Positions 9,676 through 19,025 of a stretch of DNA of 64,000 nt are shown here, one piece after another. The position numbers and the translations under genes were made by a program. How positions within the stretch are numbered: the first letter of the stretch is position 1; each line of letters starts with the position of its first letter. This DNA comes from Alcanivoracaceae bacterium. Its GTDB lineage: Bacteria > Pseudomonadota > Gammaproteobacteria > Pseudomonadales > Alcanivoracaceae. The notes beneath the pieces are model-generated. The model was not told where the DNA came from, did no database searches, and was given only the letters and a program-made list of their open reading frames with translations. The stretch lies in the NCBI GenBank assembly GCA_029212745.1, contig JARGOL010000005.1, positions 27,558 through 91,557 of the forward strand, in the 5' to 3' direction.

Positions 9676-10359
9676 CTAGAACAAACGCTCAGGCACGGTC
9701 AGGACATCACCGGGGAGCAGGGAGAAATTGGTTTCCAGCTGGCCACTGTTGAGGATGTCGTCGAGCGACACTTCAAGCACCTGCTGGCCAGATCCGGCCG
9801 CACCGGCACGGCGGTAAAGCCGGGCGCGTCCGGGGGATGCAAATTCATTCAGGCCACCCGCCAGCAACACCAGGTCGAGCACCGTCATTCCCTGGCGAAA
9901 CGGCACAGAAATGGGCGAACGGACTGCGCCGGTAACCCGTACGCGGGAAATGAACTCGTGACTGCGCAACTCGATCAGGATGACACTGACTTTCGGATCA
10001 CGCACATAATCGGACAACGCGGCTTCAATACTTCGCGACACTGCCTCTGGCGTTTTTCCACCGGCGTCGATATCACCGACAAGGGGCACACTGATACGGC
10101 CATCCGGACGCACAGGCACCTGAATGGACAGCTTGTCATTACCCCAGACACTGACAAGGACGATGTCATCCAGGCCAATGCGGTAGGTATCGACGAGGTC
10201 GAAAGCGGCAGTGGCCGATGGCGCTTCCTGCGCCGGCACGGGTGCCATGACGGTCACTGCCGTGGTGTCGCGCGGGGAATCTTCAGCAGGGTTCTCAATC
10301 GACCGGTTCTGGCATGCAACCAGCACCATGCAGGTTAGAGCAGCAAACAAGACACGCAC
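9676..10359 (-). CDS. polysaccharide export lipoprotein (Wza/EpsE-type, Poly_export + SLBB)
   Basis: The ORF track start at 10395 is TTG. The GTG at 10359 with an AAGGGA RBS gives the lipoprotein signal MRVLFAALTCMVLVAC. Motifs YRIGLDDIVLVSVWGN and GAVRSPISVPFRQGMTVLDLVLLAGG are present. Confidence 0.8.
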   Translation of the reverse strand: MRVLFAALTCMVLVACQNRSIENPAEDSPRDTTAVTVMAPVPAQEAPSATAAFDLVDTYRIGLDDIVLVSVWGNDKLSIQVPVRPDGRISVPLVGDIDAGGKTPEAVSRSIEAALSDYVRDPKVSVILIELRSHEFISRVRVTGAVRSPISVPFRQGMTVLDLVLLAGGLNEFASPGRARLYRRAGAAGSGQQVLEVSLDDILNSGQLETNFSLLPGDVLTVPERLF

Positions 10360-10493
10360 GGACAGTCCCTTCCCCTGATAAAAAAATCGTAGCAAAAAAG
10401 CACGCTTATTGGCCTACACATCCCGGTCCGGCCTGCGGCTCAAATTTTTCAAGGCTGCATCATACAGGTGCGCCGCCATTGATCTGATAGTAT

Positions 10494-11162
10494 TTGTCGT
10501 ACAATCAACGTTCGGAGCGCCCCTTCTTGGATTATCTGCACTGTTACCGCGTGCTGGAACTGGACGCAGACAGCAACTGGGAGACAGCACGCAGACACTA
10601 TCGCACACTGGCGTCGCGTCATCATCCGGACCGTCCCGGCCACGACACCAGCGGGCCGTCCCAGGCAGAGCTGAACAGGGCCTATGGCCTGTTGCGGGAC
10701 TACTACCAGCAGCACCAGCGATTACCCCTGCAGAAAACCGCGACGCCGAGCACGCCGTTCCGCCCTGGCGCATCTCCGGTGCACCGCACACCAGCCAGGG
10801 CGGCACAGCCACGGAGATGGACACGCAATATCCTGCGCCTTGGCATTGCCGGCGCCGCGGCCGTCGCGATTCTTGTGTTCTGGCCCGATCAACCGGGCAG
10901 GCAACCCGAGCAGGCACGTTCACCTGCGGTATCCCTGACCACCACAGAGGCAGAGGAAACACCGGTGATCCGGTTGGGTGATCGCCTCGGCCATGTGGCC
11001 CAGGTCCTCGGCCCACCAAGGGACACCCGCAATGATCGCTGGTACTATGGCGACTCGTGGATAGAGTTCAGGGACGGACGCGTGGCGAACTGGTATTCCT
11101 CCGTAGACACTCCCCTGCCTGTCGACCTGATCAGCATCAGCGATGGAACACCCAAACAATGA
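10494..11162 (+). CDS. membrane-anchored J-domain (DnaJ-like) protein
   Basis: The J-domain reads YRVLELDADSNWETARRHYRTLASRHHPDR ... AELNRAYGLLRD, including HPD. It is followed by a Pro-rich linker, a TM helix ILRLGIAGAAAVAILVFW, and a short W/Y-rich C-terminal domain. The frame has no in-frame ATG, so the start must be TTG (10494 or 10527). Confidence 0.7.
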   Translation: MSYNQRSERPFLDYLHCYRVLELDADSNWETARRHYRTLASRHHPDRPGHDTSGPSQAELNRAYGLLRDYYQQHQRLPLQKTATPSTPFRPGASPVHRTPARAAQPRRWTRNILRLGIAGAAAVAILVFWPDQPGRQPEQARSPAVSLTTTEAEETPVIRLGDRLGHVAQVLGPPRDTRNDRWYYGDSWIEFRDGRVANWYSSVDTPLPVDLISISDGTPKQ

Positions 11163-12151
11163 CCAAGCAGGCTTTCCTCGCCGGCTGCCTTGCCAGACTG
11201 GGCATTCTTCGCCTGATGATCCGGCGGCAACACAAACGCCTGCCGGTTCTGGCTTACCACCGCATCCTTGACGACGACAGTGATCCGGCAACATTGGCGG
11301 ACCCTGGCCTGTTCAGTGCCACGGCCAGCTCGTTTGATGCGCAGATGGCGCTGGTCTCGCGTCACTTCAATGTCATCACCCTGGCACGGCTGCTTGATCC
11401 GGCACCGCTACCGCCACGCCCACTGGTGATTACCTTTGATGACGGCTACGAGGATAACTACCGTATCGCGTATCCGATCCTGAAAAAGCATGGCCTGCAC
11501 GGTGTCTTTTTTGTTACCACCGGCTTCATCGATGACGGCCAGCCATTGTGGTTCGACCAGGTCGCCATCCTGCTTGACCAGTCCACCCTGCCGCACACCC
11601 TGGACGTGGCAGGTCGCCGCCTGCTGCCCCATGCGTTACCGCGCCAGCAGCTGGTGCAGCAGGTGCTGGCGCACCTGAAGTCGCTCACCGCCGAGGCCCG
11701 CCAGGCCGAAATCAAGCTACTGGAACGGCAGACCGGCAACCCCCGCATTGCCGCGGGCACCCCCATGACCTGGGCCCAGTTGCGGCACATGGCCGACAAC
11801 GGCATGGAGATCGGCTCGCACTCGCGTTCCCACAGTGTTCTTGCCAACGAAACCGCAGGTACCATCACGGCGGAGCTTGCCGAGTCACGCCAGCAGATCT
11901 GTGAGCAACTGCAGCGCGACTGCGTATCCGTGGCCTATCCGGTGGGCGGCACCAGCGCCGTCAATGACCAGGTCCTGCACGCGGCCAGGGAGTGCGGTTA
12001 CGGCATCGGCTGCACCTACCTGTCGGGCATCAACCGGCTGCCATTGCGGGACCCGCTGGCCCTGGTGCGTGTGCATGTGGAACTGGACGTGACGCTGGCA
12101 CAGTTTTATGCCCAGCTGGCGCTGCCTGACCTGTTCGGGTACCGCCACTGA
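11159..12151 (+). CDS. polysaccharide deacetylase (NodB/CE4 family)
   Basis: The ATG at 11159 makes an ATGA overlap with the J-domain gene stop. Motifs LAYHRI, ITFDDGYEDNY and GSHSRSH are present. Confidence 0.85.
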   Translation: MTKQAFLAGCLARLGILRLMIRRQHKRLPVLAYHRILDDDSDPATLADPGLFSATASSFDAQMALVSRHFNVITLARLLDPAPLPPRPLVITFDDGYEDNYRIAYPILKKHGLHGVFFVTTGFIDDGQPLWFDQVAILLDQSTLPHTLDVAGRRLLPHALPRQQLVQQVLAHLKSLTAEARQAEIKLLERQTGNPRIAAGTPMTWAQLRHMADNGMEIGSHSRSHSVLANETAGTITAELAESRQQICEQLQRDCVSVAYPVGGTSAVNDQVLHAARECGYGIGCTYLSGINRLPLRDPLALVRVHVELDVTLAQFYAQLALPDLFGYRH

Positions 12152-13662
12152 TGAAACGGGCAAGCGCGCTACGCAATACGGCCCACGCGACACTGGCCAC
12201 CTGGACCGAATTCTTCCTCGGCATGCTGGTGTCGATCACCATCGCCCGCAGCCTGGCACCGGATACCTATGGCCACTTCAGTTTCATGATGTGGTGCGCC
12301 GCCGTGTTTGTGGTATTCGGTAACGGCGGCCTGACAACAGCGATCATCAAGTTCATGGCAGAGGCCGGCCTTGATGAACGGGGCGCCACCTATCGCTATC
12401 TGGCGCGACTGCAACTCGGCGCCCTGGCTGCTGCCTGTGCCATCGTGCTTGTGGGCGCACAGCTGCAGCCGGCCTTCTTTACCGCCACAGCCGACACCAG
12501 CCTGTGGCTTGCATTGCTGGCCGCCAGTGCGCTGAAAGCCAGTTACATCTTCCGCATGTCGGCGAGCAAGGGACTGGAAGACTTCAATGCCATTTTCAAG
12601 GTGGTACTGGTGGTCGCCCCGGCCAATCTCGCCGCCGCCCTGCTGGTGGCGCTGTGGCAACCCTCGTTGCAGAACTTCGTGCTGGTCTATCTGCTCACCT
12701 GCGCTCTCTACCTGGTGATGATGCAACTGGTGCAACGTCATCAACGCCCCGTCGCACCGCTGTCACCACAATTGCGCCAGCGCATCTGGCGGCACCTGTG
12801 GATCACCAGTGTCAGCATCATTCTTTCCTTCCTGGTGCTGAAACAGTCGGAGGTGTTTTTCCTGCGGTTGTACGCCAGTGCCGAAGATATCGGCTTTTTC
12901 AATATCGCATTTACCCTGGGTTTCGCCCTGTCTGCCTTGTTTCCGGGGGTCTACAGCGCCCTGCTGCTGCCGATGATGTCACGCCAGTCAGCGGGCGCGC
13001 ATGGCCAGCGGGCACAGACACTGCACACCTCGGTGCGTTACCTGCAACTGCTGGCCTGGCCCATGGTGCTGGCAACCCAGGTGCTGGGCGGTGCGCTGGT
13101 GGCGGTGCTCTATGGCAGCGCCTATGAATCGGCCGCGCTGGCGCTGATGTGGGTCATCGCTGGCGTTGGCATTGCCGCTGTGGGTCAGGCCGGTGTCAGC
13201 CAGCTGGTCAGCAGTGACCGGCAAAATGTGGTGCTGCGCATCAACGTGCTGGTGGCGATAGCGGTACTGGCCATGGACTGGTGGGCCATACGTCACTGGC
13301 AGCTCAGCGGCGCAGCCGTGGCATTTGCTGTTGGCAACGCCGTGCATGCAACCCTCATGCTTCGCCTGGCCCTGCTCAGCTGTGCCACGCGCTGGCAGTG
13401 GATGCCCACGTTCAGGACGCTGCTGGCAGCATCCGTCCCGGCGCTTGTTACCTGGCCACTGGTGATTGGGCTGGACAGGGTTGGCGGGCCGTTGTTATCA
13501 CTTCTGCTTGGCGCACTTTGCTACACCCTGCTGTTCATCCCAACGACCCTGCTTTGCGGTTGCTGGACGGCCGGGGAGATTGATCAGCTGCACGCTCTTG
13601 CCGGCCGTCTACCCGCCCCCCTGCGGGCGCCAGTACGCATGTTGCTGGCTGTTCGCAGATAG
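12151..13662 (+). CDS. Wzx-type polysaccharide flippase (MOP superfamily)
   Basis: 503-aa protein with about 12-14 TM helices. TGATG overlap with the deacetylase stop. Confidence 0.8.
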   Translation: MKRASALRNTAHATLATWTEFFLGMLVSITIARSLAPDTYGHFSFMMWCAAVFVVFGNGGLTTAIIKFMAEAGLDERGATYRYLARLQLGALAAACAIVLVGAQLQPAFFTATADTSLWLALLAASALKASYIFRMSASKGLEDFNAIFKVVLVVAPANLAAALLVALWQPSLQNFVLVYLLTCALYLVMMQLVQRHQRPVAPLSPQLRQRIWRHLWITSVSIILSFLVLKQSEVFFLRLYASAEDIGFFNIAFTLGFALSALFPGVYSALLLPMMSRQSAGAHGQRAQTLHTSVRYLQLLAWPMVLATQVLGGALVAVLYGSAYESAALALMWVIAGVGIAAVGQAGVSQLVSSDRQNVVLRINVLVAIAVLAMDWWAIRHWQLSGAAVAFAVGNAVHATLMLRLALLSCATRWQWMPTFRTLLAASVPALVTWPLVIGLDRVGGPLLSLLLGALCYTLLFIPTTLLCGCWTAGEIDQLHALAGRLPAPLRAPVRMLLAVRR

Positions 13663-13763
13663 CCAGCGGCTGGCGCGTGTCCGACAGCAGCACGGTGATT
13701 GCGTCTTAACGCGGCCGTTTTCTGCTACAGTCCGGCAACGGAACAGGGACAACACATACACGG

Positions 13764-15824
13764 ATGTCGACTTCACTGCTGCTGGTTATATCACTCGCCT
13801 GCGCCATCACATGGATTGGCCTGGCCGGTTATGCCCTGTCACTGGGACGCCAGCACAGCGCCACCCGGCCCTTGCTGTGGCTGTCCGTGATCAGCGCCGC
13901 CTGGACCTTCAGCCTGGTAAAACCCGAGACCCTGCCAACCCCCCTCTGGCTGGCCCTTAGCCATGCCGCCGAGGCGGCCCGGCTGCTGGCCTGGTGGGTG
14001 CTGGTCCAGGCCACCGCCGGCTACCGGCTGATACATGGCCAGCAGGGGCTGGTGGGCCTGCGCCGTTTCCAGTGGCTGTTACTGGCCTGCCTGGTCCTGA
14101 TTCTCTACTCCGGTGCCAGCCATCTTGCCGGTCTCCCGGCACTGCGCCTTTCCGTCACCGCCATGGCATTTGTCATTGCCAGCCTGCTCCCGCTGGTGGC
14201 CATGGAGCAGCTGTTCCGCAACATGGATCAGGAGCAGCGCTGGGCAATCAAGTTTTTCGTATTGGCGCTGGTTGCCAGCACGGCCATGGACGTGATCACA
14301 CACCTGCATACCCTGCTTTACGCCCGCGTTGACTTGCAGCTGTGGCTGGCACGGGCACCGGTGGGGCTGGTCACTGCCCTGCTCATGGGCGCCGGCCTGC
14401 GCCGCTTGTTGCGCCTGCCTGCCATGGTTTCCCTGTCACACCAGCTGGTGTTCTACACCGGTACGCTGGTCACCACCTCCCTGGCCCTGTTTTTATTGGC
14501 CGCCGGCGCCTGGTACATCCGCCGCTGGGGTGGCGCCTGGTCCACCGTGTTCCTCGCGCTGTTTATCAGTGCCGGTCTTGCGGTGCTCGCCAGCGCCCTG
14601 CTGTCCGGGCGTTTCCGGGCCTGGCTGCAGGTATTCCTGTCCCGCCATTTCCTGCCCTACCGTTATGACCACCGCATGGAATGGCTGCGACTCAGTGAGA
14701 CGCTGGCGCGCGCGGCCGAGCAGAACAGCCTGCCCATTACCGTGGTCCAGGCGCTGGCCAACATCGTCGACAGTCCCGCCGGATTGCTGTTTCTCGTACG
14801 TGACAAACAGCTCCTGTGCCAGGCCGACTGGAACCTGCCGGCGCCACAGCAGCCCCTGCCACTGGATGACACCACGCGGGCCAGGATGCATGAGCAGCAG
14901 TGGATTCTTGATCGCGACCGGGATGACGCGGCGGACATTCCCGACTGGATGAGCCGCATTGACCGCAGCTGGCTTGCTGTGCCCCTGCTGGACGATCACG
15001 GCCCCGTGGCTGTGGTGGTCCTGGCTCATCCGCGTGCCCGGCGACGGCTGAACTGGGAAGACTATGACCTGCTGCGGGTTGCTGCTCGCCAGGCCGGTGC
15101 CGTGATGGCGCTGCAACTGGCCGGCGACGCACTGGGCCAGGCGCGCCAGTTCGCGGCCCTGCACCAGAGCACCGCTTTCCTGGCCCATGACATCAAGACC
15201 ATGATTGCGCAGCTTTCCCTGCTGGCCCGAAACGCCGAACGCCATCGCGACAACCCGGCTTTTGTCGACGACATGATCGAGACGGTGCAGCACAGCGTGG
15301 AGAAAATGGAGGATATCCTGGCACAACTGCGTCAGCCCTCTGGCGGCGTTTGCGCAACAGAGTGCTCTGCCATTGCCCTGCTGCCGTTGCTGCAGGACAC
15401 CGTGCGCAGACTGTCTCGTTTCCAGCCATCGCCAACCCTGGAAACGGATGACGACCCGGGTTGTGTCCAGGCCCGCCATGAGGACCTGGTTACCGTGCTC
15501 AACCATCTGGTGCGTAACGCCCAGCAGGCTTGTGATGACAGCGGCAGTGTGCACATCCGGGCGTTCAGGGATAACGGTGATATTGTCATTGAAGTGCAGG
15601 ATTCAGGGCGCGGCATGAGTCCGGCATTCATTCGCGACAACCTGTTCACGCCTTTTCACAGCACCCGTGGTGTGTCGGGTATGGGTATTGGCGTTTTCCA
15701 GAGCCGCTCACTGATCGAAGCCATGGGCGGCTCATTGTCAGTGGACAGTCGCGAAGGTGTTGGCTCCTGTTTTACTATTCGCCTGCCGGCAGCCGAACCG
15801 GCCAACAGGGATGAACCGCTATGA
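13764..15824 (+). CDS. prsK: PEP-CTERM system sensor histidine kinase
   Basis: 686 aa. It has a large multi-TM N-terminus, a GAF-like middle region, an H-box FLAHDIKT and an HATPase_c domain (VIEVQDSGRGM ... GMGIGVF). It is genetically coupled to prsR. Confidence 0.85.
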   Translation: MSTSLLLVISLACAITWIGLAGYALSLGRQHSATRPLLWLSVISAAWTFSLVKPETLPTPLWLALSHAAEAARLLAWWVLVQATAGYRLIHGQQGLVGLRRFQWLLLACLVLILYSGASHLAGLPALRLSVTAMAFVIASLLPLVAMEQLFRNMDQEQRWAIKFFVLALVASTAMDVITHLHTLLYARVDLQLWLARAPVGLVTALLMGAGLRRLLRLPAMVSLSHQLVFYTGTLVTTSLALFLLAAGAWYIRRWGGAWSTVFLALFISAGLAVLASALLSGRFRAWLQVFLSRHFLPYRYDHRMEWLRLSETLARAAEQNSLPITVVQALANIVDSPAGLLFLVRDKQLLCQADWNLPAPQQPLPLDDTTRARMHEQQWILDRDRDDAADIPDWMSRIDRSWLAVPLLDDHGPVAVVVLAHPRARRRLNWEDYDLLRVAARQAGAVMALQLAGDALGQARQFAALHQSTAFLAHDIKTMIAQLSLLARNAERHRDNPAFVDDMIETVQHSVEKMEDILAQLRQPSGGVCATECSAIALLPLLQDTVRRLSRFQPSPTLETDDDPGCVQARHEDLVTVLNHLVRNAQQACDDSGSVHIRAFRDNGDIVIEVQDSGRGMSPAFIRDNLFTPFHSTRGVSGMGIGVFQSRSLIEAMGGSLSVDSREGVGSCFTIRLPAAEPANRDEPL

Positions 15825-17176
15825 GCCGACGATTGCTGATCATTGAAGATGATCCCGGCCTGCAGAAACAGATGAAGTGGTGTTTCGATGGTATCGACAT
15901 CAGCCTGGCCGACAAGCGGGATGCTGCCCTGGCCGAGCTGCGACGGCTGGACCCGCAGGTGGTCACACTGGATCTGGGCCTGCCACCGGACCCCGGCGGC
16001 GCCAGTGAAGGCTTCGCACTGCTGAAAACCATTCTCGAACTGCGACCGCGCACCAAGGTGATCGTCATCACGGGCCGCGAAGAACGCGAGCATGCGGCGC
16101 GGGCCATCGGTATGGGGGCGTGCGATTTCTACCAGAAACCCCTGGACGCTGACACCCTGAACTTTGTCGTCAACCGGGCGTTTCGCCTGGATGAGCTGGA
16201 ACAGGAGAACCGGCGCCTGTCCCGCCATGACGCATCGCCCCTGGCAGGCATTATTGCCACCAGCCCGGAAATGCTTGCCACCTGCCAGTACGTGGAAAAG
16301 ATTGCCGGGGCTGACATTACCACCCTGATCCTGGGAGAAACCGGCACTGGCAAGGAAGTCATAGCCCGTGCCATCCATGGGCTGAGCGACCGGGCGCAAG
16401 CACCGTTTGTGGCCATCAACTGTGCTGCCATTCCGGAAAACCTGCTGGAAAGTGAGCTTTTCGGCTATGAAAAAGGGGCCTTTACCGGCGCTAACCGGCA
16501 GAAGCAGGGCAAGGTGGAAGCGGCCACGGGCGGCACACTGTTCCTGGATGAAATTGGTGACATGCCGGTGGCGCTGCAGAGCAAGATGCTGCGCTTCCTG
16601 CAGGAGCGCGTGATCGAACGTGTCGGTGGCCACGACAGCATTCCCGTGGACGTCCGCGTCATATGCGCAACACACCAGGATCTCGGCGACATGATCGGCC
16701 AGGGAAGCTTCCGCGAAGATCTTTACTACCGGATTGCGGAGATGGTCATCGAGCTGCCACCGTTGCGCGACCGGCAGGGTGACGCCGTGGTACTGGCAAA
16801 CGCCTTTGTCGGCCAGTTTTCCGAACAGTTGAAGAAAAACGTCAAGGGACTGGCGGATGACGCCGTCAGCGCCATCAACTGCTACCGATGGCCAGGCAAT
16901 GTCCGGGAAATGGAAAACCGGCTCAAGCGGGCGGTACTGATGGCCGACGGCCCCTACATCACTGCCTCGGACCTGCAGCTGTCGGATGCCCCCGATCAGC
17001 AGGCCAAGCCCGAGGCGTTGAACCTGCGCCAGGTGCGGGAGAAAGCCGAGTCACAGGCCATTCGCCAGGCCCTGTTGCTGAGCGGCAATAACGTTGCTGC
17101 CGCCGCACGGTCGCTGGGTGTTACCCGACCCACGCTGTACAGCATGATGGAAAAGTACGGCCTGAAAGGCCACTGA
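15821..17176 (+). CDS. prsR: sigma54-dependent response regulator (NtrC family), PEP-CTERM system
   Basis: ATGA overlap with prsK. It has a REC domain, an AAA+ domain with GETGTGKE and the GAFTGA loop (EKGAFTGA), and a C-terminal Fis-type HTH. Confidence 0.9.
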   Translation: MSRRLLIIEDDPGLQKQMKWCFDGIDISLADKRDAALAELRRLDPQVVTLDLGLPPDPGGASEGFALLKTILELRPRTKVIVITGREEREHAARAIGMGACDFYQKPLDADTLNFVVNRAFRLDELEQENRRLSRHDASPLAGIIATSPEMLATCQYVEKIAGADITTLILGETGTGKEVIARAIHGLSDRAQAPFVAINCAAIPENLLESELFGYEKGAFTGANRQKQGKVEAATGGTLFLDEIGDMPVALQSKMLRFLQERVIERVGGHDSIPVDVRVICATHQDLGDMIGQGSFREDLYYRIAEMVIELPPLRDRQGDAVVLANAFVGQFSEQLKKNVKGLADDAVSAINCYRWPGNVREMENRLKRAVLMADGPYITASDLQLSDAPDQQAKPEALNLRQVREKAESQAIRQALLLSGNNVAAAARSLGVTRPTLYSMMEKYGLKGH

Positions 17177-17184
17177 CGCAGGCG

Positions 17185-18585
17185 TCAGCGGCCGCGCCCG
17201 AACAGCACTACCTCAACCGTCTGCGCCAGGATCATCAAATCCAGCAACAGGCTCCGGTTCTTGATGTAGTAAAGATCATACTGCAGCTTTTCGACGGCAT
17301 CTTTTTCCGTGGAGCCGTAGGAATAGTTCAGTTGCGCCCAGCCAGTGATGCCCGGTTTGACCAGATGACGTTCGTTGTAGAACGGGATTTTCTCCGCCAG
17401 GTCCGAGACAAACACCGGACGTTCCGGCCGAGGCCCGACAAAACTCATGTCACCGCGCAGCACATTGAATGCCTGCGGCAGTTCATCAATACGGTACTTG
17501 CGAATAAAGGCACCGACGCGGGTGACGCGCATATCATCCTTGCTGGCCCACTGGGCACCACCCGCCTCCGCATTCTCGATCATGCTGCGGAACTTGATCA
17601 CGTTGTAGGGCTCGCCGTTGGCGCCAATCCGCTCCTGCAGGTAAAAAACCGGGGCGCGCAGGCCGTCCTCCAGCTTGATTGCCAGTACCGTGACCAGCAT
17701 CAGCGGCCAGGTCAACAACACCAGCAAAACACTGAAGAACACATCCATGCTGCGACGCAACGTGTCCGTGGCCGGGTTGTGGGAAAAACCGTCGGAGAAA
17801 ATGAAGTAGCTGGGCTTGAGCATGTCCACCAGGATCTTGTAGGACTCCCGCTCAAAAAACGTCTGCACGTCAATGATGCTCAGCCCGCCAAGGCGACAAC
17901 GCAACAGCTCGTCCACCGGCACGCAGCCGCGCCGGTCATCCACGGCAATGACCACCTCATCGATATCCATGGCCTGGATCAGGTCACACAGGGGTTTGCT
18001 CGACTGCACCAGCAGGTTCTCGGGCACCTGCACGGCGTCTTCGTCCACCGGGTAAAAGCCGATCAGGCGGAAATTGCGCTGGTCGTTGCGCCGCCGCATG
18101 CGCTTGAGAATGCTGCCCGCCTCGGCCCCGGCGCCCAGCACCAGTACCCGCGCCTTGAGCCGCTCGATGCCCACAACCCGGTAAAACACCAGACGGCCAA
18201 CAAGCACGCCAATAAACGACGTCAGCGTGGCCAGCGCCATCACGCCCCGGCCAACGAAAGCATTCGGGAACAGGTAGTAGACCACCACCAGCAACACCGT
18301 CCCGATCACCAGGGACAGGGCCAGGCGTACGGTGACACCGTTGATGCCGTCGCGCAGGTTGGGCAGGTACAGCCCCAGTGCCAGGAAACAGAGCCAGTGG
18401 GTAACGGCAAATAGCAGCGCCCGCGCCCAGACATCACCGATGCTGATGTCGATGGCTACCCAGTCGGCCTGGAAACGGAGCATGGCCCCGACGTAAATGG
18501 CCAGGAACAGGATCAGGAACTCAATCAGTGCCAACGCAATGAATGAGGAATCAATATGGTGGCGAAACACTCTTATGGTTGTCAT
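17185..18585 (-). CDS. initiating polyprenyl-phosphate sugar phosphotransferase (EpsB/WbaP-type bacterial sugar transferase)
   Basis: The ATG at 18585 has an AAGGGGAAG RBS (ORF track start 18609). The protein has N-terminal TM helices, a Rossmann-like middle region and a C-terminal catalytic domain (KFRSM ... MSFVGPRPERP ... KPGITGWAQ). Confidence 0.85.
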   Translation of the reverse strand: MTTIRVFRHHIDSSFIALALIEFLILFLAIYVGAMLRFQADWVAIDISIGDVWARALLFAVTHWLCFLALGLYLPNLRDGINGVTVRLALSLVIGTVLLVVVYYLFPNAFVGRGVMALATLTSFIGVLVGRLVFYRVVGIERLKARVLVLGAGAEAGSILKRMRRRNDQRNFRLIGFYPVDEDAVQVPENLLVQSSKPLCDLIQAMDIDEVVIAVDDRRGCVPVDELLRCRLGGLSIIDVQTFFERESYKILVDMLKPSYFIFSDGFSHNPATDTLRRSMDVFFSVLLVLLTWPLMLVTVLAIKLEDGLRAPVFYLQERIGANGEPYNVIKFRSMIENAEAGGAQWASKDDMRVTRVGAFIRKYRIDELPQAFNVLRGDMSFVGPRPERPVFVSDLAEKIPFYNERHLVKPGITGWAQLNYSYGSTEKDAVEKLQYDLYYIKNRSLLLDLMILAQTVEVVLFGRGR

Positions 18586-18951
18586 GCGAATCTTCCCCTT
18601 GCTGTTCATCCCTGAACGATCCGGCCTGCTGACCGGGCGGAGAATTATGCGCCTTTCGTGTTAACTTTTGTGACAGAGTGTCCAACAAAAGTGTGCACCT
18701 GTGCACAGAGAAGAGCCGCCACGTACGAACAAGCTCTGACTGTGTCGGTTTGCTTTACACCGTTTTTCACCCTTTCGGGCGATCATGGCAACGTGATGTT
18801 ACCGTGAATCAATCACTTGCCCAGCGGCCAAAAAAATTGCGGCCATTTGTAAAATTTTTCTGTCAGCTTTTTTGACGGACGCGCGTACTCATTGCCCCGC
18901 TCGGCCAGCCAGAAATCACAAAACCCATTGTTTACAAGCAGTTGCAAAACA

Positions 18952-18966
18952 TGGCACGGCCTTTGC
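18952..18966 (+). promoter_or_regulatory. sigma54 (-24/-12) promoter upstream of the PEP-CTERM gene
   Basis: TGGCAC GGCCT TTGC is an exact match to TGGCAC-N5-TTGC. It lies 60 nt upstream of the ATG at 19026. Confidence 0.7.
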
Positions 18967-19025
18967 CTTTGTCAGGCCAACGACAGGACCGTCGCCCTGT
19001 TCAAGGCTCACCGAAGGAGAAAGAC

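Noticed and set aside
10385-10410. sigma54 promoter for the main EPS operon
   Set aside because: The reverse-strand sequence AGCGTG-N5-TTGC lacks the invariant GG of the -24 element. No better candidate was found in 10396-10493 or on the minus strand of 18610-18940.
14493-16675. Long minus-strand ORFs (353 aa and 339 aa)
   Set aside because: They are antisense to prsK and prsR, which have clear kinase and AAA+ motifs.
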